A DNA stretch of 64,000 nt, taken from Eledone cirrhosa. Its lineage: Eukaryota. Of this stretch, positions 54,219 to 64,000 are shown piece after piece (position 1 is the first letter of the stretch; each line of letters begins with the position of its first letter). The translations under genes were made by a program, and so were the position numbers. Where the stretch lies: contig OZ024741.1 in NCBI GenBank assembly GCA_964016885.1, forward strand, positions 109,182,001 through 109,246,000. The letters run 5' to 3'. Under the pieces are notes generated by a model. The model did no database searches, was not told the DNA's origin, and saw nothing but the letters and a program-made list of their open reading frames with translations.

Positions 54219-54529
54219 CTTACTGCTGGCATATGTAAATATATGTTTGCATGTTTGTCTGAATATTTATTACTGTGATGTTGGTGCATATAAAAAACTT
54301 AAAGCAAAGAAGAAATGTTTTGTCTGTAAATTAAAACCGTGTATGTTTAAGAGGAAGCTAGAAAAGCCGTTGTGTGATGCGTTGTAAATATACTAACAGG
54401 AATATCGTTAGCCAATGGGCGTAAGGAACGGTGCAACATTACAGCAACAATGTATATGTATATACATATGTATACATAATGTATATGTATATACATGCAG
54501 ATATACATATACATGCATATACATATACA

Positions 54530-55136
54530 TGTAGTGGCTGCCAACTCGTTTTCGAGTATGGCCACTACTTTATATCCATGTAGGAGAACTCCTACCGATG
54601 CGCTGAACAAGTGTAACTTTTTAGTCCAGCCAGTGACTTTAAAACTCTGGTACAAACACTACACTTGTGACAATTATTGACACATAGTGCTGGGCCCATG
54701 GTACCATGTGACGACAAGTGCAGAGAGATCTCCAGATATAAAGCAATGCCTGTGCCGTGAAGCTTTTATAGTGAGCAAAGGCACTGCACAAAGCCAGTCC
54801 ACTCTCTTAACCAAGATAATATTTACCAAAAAGAAGAACAAGTCAACATCATTGGATACCATCAGGGTTGCAGGTGTTATATCAGAGTTTTCCTTCTCCT
54901 AGAATTCTGCCTTGACAAAGGCTAAGGGGTCATCTCTCCCGGTGATTTTGGATGGCCATTCACTCTTAAGAGCTCCTTTGTCCTTTGACAGGTTTTGTTT
55001 TTAGTCCTGCAGGATGTCCAAAGTCACCCCCCTCACCAAGAAACCTTGGTGGGGTTGCCTGTTTAGTCGCCAACGACCAGACCATGAGACAGGTTCTACT
55101 GGGATACATGTTACCAGTAGCACCAACTGGTGACCT
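54530..55136 (-). mobile_element. Short non-autonomous RTE-derived (bipartite) element
   Basis: The 5' part has the RTE-like UTR motif ctaggagaaggaaaactctga. The 3' part equals the zinc-finger tail at 17368-17590. Confidence 0.6.
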
Positions 55137-55139
55137 GAC

Positions 55140-55175
<36 letters not shown>

Positions 55176-55289
55176 GCATACATACATACATACATACATA
55201 CATACATACATACATACATACATACATACATACATACATACATACATTATATGTATGTATGTATGTATGTATATGTATATGTATATGTA

Positions 55290-55750
55290 AAGGTTGACTT
55301 TGCCTTTCATCCTTACGGGGTCGATAAAATAAAGTACCAGTAATGCACTGGTGAATTGCTGGCCTTGTGCCAAAAGTAGAAACAATTATATACATGCGTG
55401 TGTGTGTGTGTGTGTGTGTGTGCCCCCGTAAAAGGAACGAAGAACAAAAGGCAGAAACATACGAAGAGAAATAAGAAAAAGGGAAAGAAAGAAAGTGATC
55501 GACAGAAAGAGAGACGATCAATAAATAATGATGTTTACTATAGGCACAAGGCCAGCAATTTTGGGGAGGGGAAAGTCGATTAAATCGCCCCGAATGTATT
55601 ACTGGTGCTTTATTTTATCGATCCCATAAAGATGAAAAGCAAAGCTAACCTCGGTGGGATTTGAACTCAGAACGTAAAAGGCCATAACTCTATGCTGCAA
55701 AGCATGGTGTCGGACGCTCTGCCGATACTGGCGATACTGCCAATCCCCCA
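55290..55750. mobile_element. Two SINE family A copies (55290-55389 +, partial; 55530-55750 -)
   Basis: Central domain in both; A/B boxes in the second. Confidence 0.8.
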
Positions 55751-56932
55751 ATGAGAGGAAGAGAAGAGGATGTTGTTGAAAATATTTGTAAAGTGTCTTA
55801 TATGAAAGTCTTACTCAACTTTACATTGTCTAACTCGCTATATAGGTTAATAGAAAAACAAGGCATATTTGCTAATATTTCCATACACATTCGTTTGAAC
55901 TTGTAACCAGACATATATGAGTGGGGAGTGGTTATACCTACAGAGCCAATGCTAAAATTAGTGGTCGTAGTTGGTGAAATACGGTATGTTGTAGGTGGAT
56001 AGCAACATAGTTGACGTTTGGCCAATTAACGATGACACAATAAACAACACACACATACACACACACACACACACGCACACACACACGCAGACGCAGACAC
56101 ATGCAGACACATATATATATATATGTGTGTGTGTGTGTTTATTCATATGTATATATCTGTGTGTATGTGTGTGTGCGTGTGTCCGTGTGTGTGTGTGTGC
56201 GTGTGTGCGTGTGTGTCCGTGTTTGTGTGTGCGTGTGTGCGTGCGTGCGTGTGTGTGTGTGTGTGTGCGTGTGTGTGTGTGCGTGTGCGTGTGTGTGTGT
56301 CTGTGTGTGTGTGTGAAGTTACCTTATAACGCCAATACCCGAGCAGTACAGATTTGGCAGCCTCACATCCAAATTGACATATAAGATAAGTATTTGAAAT
56401 GAAGAAATTATTTGAAAGTATGAATTTTAGTATATTATTCCCTAAAGATTTAAATCTAAGTAGATGTCACATTCATATACTTTAAATAAAACAGCACTCT
56501 AAAGACACCAGAACATAATGTTTCCCCACAGAATTATGAGTGAATGGAAAAGTGTGACTAATCGTGTAGTAAATACTACAATAATAAATTATTTTAATGA
56601 AAATATGATAAATATGAGATGAATGAATTGTTGGAGATGCATTTGATGAAGTTCAGAAGCGAGCAGAAACTATTAAATAGTGATTCTCGCAAAACTTCAA
56701 CTGGTAACTTCTGGTATCATCATGTCCCCATCTCTCATGTAAAAGGAGTTCAGAACGGACAAAGTCAAAACGGTTTCCATAAGGCATTCCGTCTAAAGCT
56801 CTAGCGATTCTACAAAATTACCATACGAAATTGGAACTTTACTGAACTGGAAATCATGAAAGATAAATTTGACTACGGTGGGATTTGAACTCATTTAATC
56901 CAAAATTCTAACAATGTTGTTAATTCACTGAC

Positions 56933-57455
56933 ATTCTTCTTCGCCCACTTATTCCTGTGAGGGTCATGGAGGCAGTGTCCTCAAACACTCCCTCCAGCAG
57001 ATACTGTCAGAAGCAACCATCTCCAGCTGATCCAGCTGGATCCCCAAGTGTGATCAGCTAAGCTCATGGATGTTAACCATCTTGCTCAGGACCTACCCCT
57101 GAGTCTCTGCCGGCTGGTTTTACCCGTAAAATCTGTCTAACGATTCTTTCCTGAGACATTCTAACCACATGCCCATAATATTGGAGCTGTGATCTCTCAA
57201 TTCGGAGAAGTAGCGTCTTTATCTGAAGTGATTCTCTCATCTCCGAGCTACACACTTTATCGAGTAATGCTACTCCAAAGACACCTTCGGAGGAATCCTA
57301 TTTCGGCCACTTGTATTCTCGATCGTATTCTTTCGGTCATTACCCGAGATTCATGACCATAGGTAACGGTTGGCACAAAAACCGAATTAAAGATAGCGTG
57401 GTTGGCTTTTACGCCTACCTCCCTTCTTTTAATTACTGAATGCTGTAGCTGGCGC
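56933..57455 (-). mobile_element. RTE-clade LINE 3' fragment
   Basis: IFNSVFVPTVTYGHESRVMTERIRSRIQVAEIGFLRR and IERSQLQYYGHVVRM; (GAA)n tail. Confidence 0.85.
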
Positions 57456-59397
57456 ATACAACCAATGTAATTCAAGCAATATAACAATGTGTTTGAAAGG
57501 CAATATAAACGGTACTACAGGTTGTATACGACAGTTTAATAGCATAAAATAGCAGTTTAGGTAATCAGTGCAGATTTAATTGTTTTTAATAACGTTTATG
57601 TGAGCAAATCTTAACATGTGGCTATAAATATTAGCATGTTTTGAAAATGAGTTTTTGTGTTGGAATTTCATAACTATCGTTCTGACCCCAATCAGAATAA
57701 TTTCAGAGAAGATTCAAATTACAGTAAAAATGTATAACAACCGCAGAAACCTAATATGTAGTAAGTCATATTGTCATCTTGGAGATAAAGATGAGCGCAC
57801 AACTGTCTACCAGTTTAACACCACTACTTCACCTATGGATGCCTTTAGCGGAGTTCTCTCCCTTATATGTATTGAGACAAATGTCCGGATTGAGGGTATT
57901 TCAGCTTCACACCACCACCATCACCACCACCACCACCACCACCACGAGTCATAGAAGCACTGAAAAGGGCCATAACCTCTGCTCTCCGCGAATAAACAGT
58001 AAGAAAAGATGGTTTAGATTAGGGTAAGTTGAAATCTTTTATACAGGTGTGAACAAAAAGAATTTAAATTTCTAACACTTGACTCTAAATATTTCATTTT
58101 CAGTAGGGAGTTGCCATAGTAATTACGCATTTTTCTCTATTATTTTTCATGTTTACTTTCTATTTATTTCATTCCACTTTGTTTTATTTTATTTTATTTT
58201 TAATTGATATGAGAAATTATGTTATTGGGGTAATTTTCATATATCTTATGAGGTTTCATCTTAATACAGATGCTAAAATACCGTTGTGTGAAGAACAAAC
58301 AAAACCATAATTATGGATTTTTTTCTGTTTTCGTTTTGCTATTTTGTTGATTTGTTTTGCATGAAGTTACCAATTATATCAGTCTGAACATTTTTTTATT
58401 TACAACAAAGATGAAGTATCATAATATCATATCATTTCTGGTTTCCTTTGAATTGTCACAAAAGTAATAGATTTATGCCATAAGAGCAATATATGATGGT
58501 GTAGCTTTCATGCCCTTTACATAGATATATATACTCTATGTAAAGTAAAAAGAAAGACAACCAATAATATAATGGGCGACACTGGAAAAGAGTATCGATA
58601 GAGGCTTGCATTTCTTTCTACAGCAAATGTCACATCAGTAAACAATTTGCAACCTGTTTCTTTTACATTAGACTTCTCAAACCCAAGGACTTGCAAAAAG
58701 GCCATTATCTCCTGATTGAAAGGCTCCGTGGGCCAAAAATGAGATAAGTATGAGAGGAGCGTGATTCCCACCAGCTATAGTGCTAATAATATACAATACA
58801 ACTCTCGTATGTGATTTATTATTTTTTTCATCAAAATGAATACACATGGCAGTAAGTGGGATATGTGAATTTGTACAAGATGTAGGAAGCATATTTTCCA
58901 TTTTAAATTTTCCTTAATTCTGTGTTTCCTTTTGGAGAATTCTCTTTTTCCGTTTTTTCTTTCTATTTTATTGTATTTCAGGAGTAAATTGAGAGGGAAT
59001 GACAGGGGCGGAGAAGAAATTACTGAATTTTAAGAAAATGTTAGTCACGAAATCTGTTCTGCCATGGGCTATAAGTTAGAGACCCTTGATGTACATCAGA
59101 CAAACGGGGTATTCTGGAAGTAGGAAACTATCAAACGACAGACAAAAAAAAGGACAGTTGGGAGAATAAAAATAAAAATTAGTTGAGTGGGTTAGTAGTA
59201 AGAGTTTGGGGAATGACTGCTGAATTGGGAGAATTTTAGTAAGTTAAATCGAAAGAACAGACAATAAAATTACTATCATGCAAGTTTTTTCAAAAATAAA
59301 ATCATAAATAATCAATTAGAACTTTTAAAGAACCTAGTCATAAATTAATCAAAAACAAAAGAAAAATATATCAGGGTCCATAATTTCATACAGACTA

Positions 59398-59500
59398 CAA
59401 GTGGTTAGAGAATTGGATTCACAATCGTGAGATTGTGATTTCGATGCCCGGACCGAGCGATGCGGTGTCTTTAAGCAAGAGACTTTATTTCACGTTGTTT
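59398..59500 (+). mobile_element. tRNA-derived SINE head (family B)
   Basis: gtggttagag..gatttcgatgccc followed by gtgtctttaagcaagagacttta. Confidence 0.55.
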
Positions 59501-59842
59501 CTTCTTCAGGAGTTGCGACTGGTAGTTAGTATTAGCAATGGAAAGACCAATGGAAACCTTGTTTTCTTGGTCCAATCTAATGAGTTCCACCCAACTCGGT
59601 AAGCGAATGAGGTCTGGGATCTTGTCGATCATTGTTACAAAACAAAACATTTTATGCAAGACGCTATTAATTCAATAACACGCAAACAAATGATTAATTG
59701 TGCACGCCGCCTTCCGTGACACTAAAATATAATGCCCCACCTACCGTAAGCCACACAGTACTACACCTAGGGGTGTAATGAAAACCTCGAGAGAGATTAT
59801 TGCAAACATAAAATAGTAATGATGCCTTCTAACATTAATATA

Positions 59843-59995
59843 GGCGGCAAATTGACAAAGTTGTTAGAACATCGGATAGAATGCTTTACGGTATTCATTC
59901 CGGTTCTTTGTGCTCTGAGTTCAAATCCTGCCGAAGTCAACTTTACCTTTCGTGCTTTCGAGGTCGATAAAAAAGTGCCATCCAGTACTGAGGTA
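59843..59995 (+). mobile_element. Diverged SINE (family A-related)
   Basis: ctgagttcaaatcctgccgaagtcaactttacctttcgt..gaggtcgataaaa. Confidence 0.7.
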
Positions 59996-61113
59996 GATTC
60001 TTTTTCAATATCCCTTTCACACTTCCTCTCTCTCATTCTCTAAAAGAAATCGGCTATGTTTAGGCCTGTAGAGGAAATGGACCCAGCAAGGTTTTAAGAA
60101 TGAATGCCCGAATAACGCAGTATGACATTATGGTGCCTCTACAACTTCACTAGGATTTACGAATAATAATGAACATTAACACATGGTTACAAAAGCTACA
60201 GAATTACAATAGCCAATTTAAGCTGCCCCCTCGTAATGGATTTATTATATGTTTATCCATGATATTGTCACTTTTCTTTAATTGGATTAATGGTAATGCT
60301 CATAATATATCCAGTGGCTCCTGATTATCGGGAAGAAATTATCTTTAAATAGGGGACCAAATACCGTTGCTCGCAAAAGAGCAACTCCGAAATATTCTTG
60401 TATGGGCAAAAGACAAATGACATTACATCAACCAACCAAGAATATAAACGGCCTCTCAAACGAGATTCTTCACAGTTTCCACTAATGGGATTTCACTTCA
60501 AATGCATCGCTCAGTGTAATCAAATCTGAAATCACATAGTAGGAAATATCTACGCCAACAATTTTCTATGTGAAGTAGGATATTGAATGTGAAGTACCTA
60601 TCCTATAGACATAGCATAGCGCTGAGAATAGAATACGTCCTGATATATCTCCGAAATGTTGACTGCTACATCGATGGAATCAGCTAGCTTCATTTTTTTT
60701 CGGTTAGCAATTTTCTATTTCAAGAATTTCTCGATATGTTTTGTATAATCTGATATAAGATTGCGGACAGAAAATCTTAAAATAACCGAAATATTAGAAA
60801 CCAATTCATTAAAACGTATAATTAGTTTATTTATTTGTAATGCTTTGTATATTTAAAATTATTGTATATAAACATTTTCTTTGTTAGTCTCTATTAATGT
60901 CCCCGGAGAGAGATGTTTCGTTGTATTAAGACTTCCTCATTTAAATACGACTACATCATTTATTGAACATGAACGATCGCTTATATTTATGATTAATTAC
61001 TACATATAGGATTACAATGCCGATAGATAGTCTTGTCATTTGAGTATATTTAGTAGTTATAGTGAACTAACTATACACTGCATAGGCTGACGAAGACTCA
61101 GATGAGATATGTA

Positions 61114-61185
<72 letters not shown>

Positions 61186-62104
61186 GCATTTAAAACTTTT
61201 TTTCTCTTAAAAAGACCTGTTACTCCAGCGACATCATCCTCAGTTGTTGCCTCAAACATTACCTCACACTCCACGGTCTCCACTTTATATACCACACTAA
61301 CTCACACCCGTTTTCCAAAATAGCGCCTATTCATAACTACATTTCAATCACCCCTGCGAGAAAAGATAACCATACAGCCGTTCTTTCAACACGTAGCCGC
61401 CACAACACCAATCACCTCCAATTTCCACTCACTTGCCACTCCTTCTAACACAAATCTATGTGCCCTTCTCCAATCCGATCACTCCACCTTTTATCTCTTT
61501 CTCAACCCATTCCCCCTCCTTTAAGTACAGCCGTAACCCACATGACTTCTTGGTTCACACTTCCTCTCCCTTGTCCCTATCCCCCGCTAACCTCATCCCA
61601 TCTACATCCCACACTTGTCACAGACCATGTTTTTACAACTGTCCGATTATCAGCAACAGCACCATCCTCACTGGGACCACCTGCAACATTAAGATCCACT
61701 TTAGTTATATCACCTCAAACCTTATCCACAACTTAAGTTCCAAGTTCCTATTCCAGCGAGATCAAATTTGCCTTTTATCCTTCCATGTAAACTAAATTAG
61801 CAATTCATTATCGGGGTCGATACAATCGACTTTGCCATTCACCCAAATTGCTAACCTTGTGCTAATATTAGAAAAATATTATTAGTATTAATAGTAAGGG
61901 CGGTGAATTGGCAGAATCTTTACAGCGTTGAGTAAAATACTCTGACATCTGCGCTTTCTATTTATTTTGCAGCAACAGTTGTGAGAGAGCGAAAATTATA
62001 TCTTGTACCCCTCTTATCTTAAAAGAAGAAGGGTGAGGGTAAACATTTCCGGGATCACACCAGAAGTAAACATGTGGTGGATATTGACTTGCATCGTCCT
62101 AGAA

Positions 62105-64000
62105 CAGTGATTCCTAACCAGTGCGCCGCGAGATCTTCCTAAGTGTGCCACGAAATTTTGAACGGCACACTAAGAAAATACGAAAAACCACGTGATCCCA
62201 ATTGAGTATTCACAGTCTGTGGTGTAGCATGTTGCACCACATAGCTTTGTTCATTTAGGGATGAGCGAAATGTTTCCAAATGTCGTAATGCTAAAAATTC
62301 TATAACTTTTATTGTTTCGTTCGTCATTAGTATTGATCATATGAATGGATATTTACCAATACTTGTCTCTCCCCCCCCCCCCCCCCCGGGAAGAAAAAAA
62401 TATTATTATATCATGCATCTTTTTTTCACTTTTATGGTAGAACCTACCTCTAAAATTGAGACAAATGATATATTTATTTTTGATCTAGTCCTAATTTTTG
62501 CTGAGATAAGACCATAAATAGTTGAAAAATAGCGTAATTTTCAGGGTTCTTTTGAGAAAATCCAAATAAGCTATGAAGATGATTTTTACATTTTTAGAAT
62601 CAGAAAACCAGTCATTGTATGGTAACAGAAGCCATTTTTTGATATTTTGGAGATACAAAAATGTATCGTCATTAGTGTTCTGGACAGTTAAAAAACTGAA
62701 AATAATCACATTTTTTTAATAAGAGTGACTATAACACTTTTCCAAGGCAGAATTTTTTTTAAACGGCTTCTGTCGTGATAAAGCAACTGTTATAAAGAAT
62801 GTCTCCTCAAAATTTCAAGCAAATCTATCGAGTATATTTTCTGGAAAGAGCTTTGAAATTTTGAGAAGTACCCATTTTAAGAAATTGCCTGTAAAGATTA
62901 GAAACGCAAATGTCAGCTTCTACCTCTGTTTCAGAACAATCTATGGATGATTCCGATGATTTAGCTCAGAATTCTCTGGCTCATGCTATTTAATGAGTCC
63001 ATGTTAGCTTCCCTTTACATATATTTTGTCTTGCTTCATCTCTATATGGCATAATTTCCTAATTTTCTGGTAGATTATCCCATCGGAAGAGTGAGTTTGG
63101 CCGCCATGTGATGGGGGAAGGCGTGGTCACGTGATGTGCTGAACCAATCAGCGGGCGCCATTCCCCGAATATAGCCGAAAAGGAGGCTCGATATGCATTT
63201 GCTTGTTCAATATGGGTCGATTTTCTGGCTTTTTACACCGGAGAGTTCCAGTGTTTCATCATCTTATGCTAATGAGGGTATAGTAGAGGTCTGTAGCTGT
63301 CTACTGGTGTGTGGAACATTGTAAAAATGGCGGATTTACGATGTGTTGTCAGTGCTCAAACATTGACTATTTTTGTGCGTAATACATCGAATATTGATGA
63401 TTTCCAGCTAGAAATGGTCTCATAAAACATCAACTTTAGGTAAGAAGACATATTTTTATTGTTTTGCTGTGTTTGCACACGAAAGAAAAAAGCTTTGTGG
63501 GACCGAAAGACACTGTCATCTCAATATAGACAATCCTACCCAAAACTGTCGTATTGATATTTCATGACCCTTCACAATGTATGAATATTTGAAAAGGAAA
63601 GATATTAGTGACGAGTCTAAGTCCAGAGGCGAACAACCATCAACCTCTATTGTCAAAAAGAGAAACATTAATCGACAATATTGTGAAAATTATTTGAAAT
63701 TTGGATTTTATTGGTCTGGTGACGTTGACAAACCAAGTCCATCATGCGTAGTGTGCGGAGAAACTATGTCAAAGGAATCCATGGTACCAAGTAAGTTAGA
63801 AAGACATTTTAATTCAAAACATTCATCTCTGAAAGATAAAAAGCTCGATTACTTTCAAAGACTGTTAGAGTAGAAATCAAAACAGCGAAGTTATTTTGAA
63901 AAAATATTAACCGTGTCTGAACGAGCCCAACTAGCGTCAATTTAGGTGGTTGAAATAATAGCATTAAAATCTAAATCCCACACGCTTGCTGAGTCAGTCA
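62105..64000 (+). mobile_element. 5' portion of a Buster/Charlie-type hAT DNA transposon
   Basis: TIR-like cagtgattcctaacc preceded by the 8-mer tcctagaa (nnnTAnnn). Transposase remnant downstream. Runs off the window. Confidence 0.75.
63577..64000 (+). pseudogene. hAT (Buster-type) transposase N-terminus with BED zinc finger and premature stops
   Basis: RQYCENYLKFGF..PSCVVCGETMSKESMVPSKLERHFNSKH; homology continues past the TAG at 63871. Confidence 0.88.

Noticed and set aside
61180-61790. Old LINE fragment or ORF 61433..61795
   Set aside because: Composition is suggestive but I could read no diagnostic motif.

Overview
AT-rich, microsatellite-dense animal genomic DNA. The repeat content suggests a cephalopod such as Octopus, which is an inference. 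I cannot support any host protein-coding gene. Almost the whole window is transposable elements. It holds several Penelope-like elements (PLEs: RT plus C-terminal GIY-YIG), including one near-intact ORF (8770-10878) and one full-length copy with direct pseudo-LTRs (19153-24620). It also holds a full-length but disrupted L1/Tx1 retrotransposon (36864-42564), fragments of R4/Dong, CRE and RTE LINEs, two non-autonomous Helitrons, the 5' part of a Buster-type hAT transposon, many tRNA-derived SINEs and a foldback repeat cluster. The main hidden signal is RNA. About 18 type I hammerhead ribozyme (HHR) or HHR-like motifs from roughly a dozen unrelated families were folded by eye. They include canonical ones, a U3-A8 compensatory core, and recurrent non-canonical cores (U4A with U10.1-U11.1 and U17; U4C). 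One pseudoknotted HHR lies inside a 629-nt terminally redundant non-coding unit that resembles a retrozyme or a reverse-transcribed circular RNA. All folds and family assignments were made by eye, and ribozyme activity is untested.
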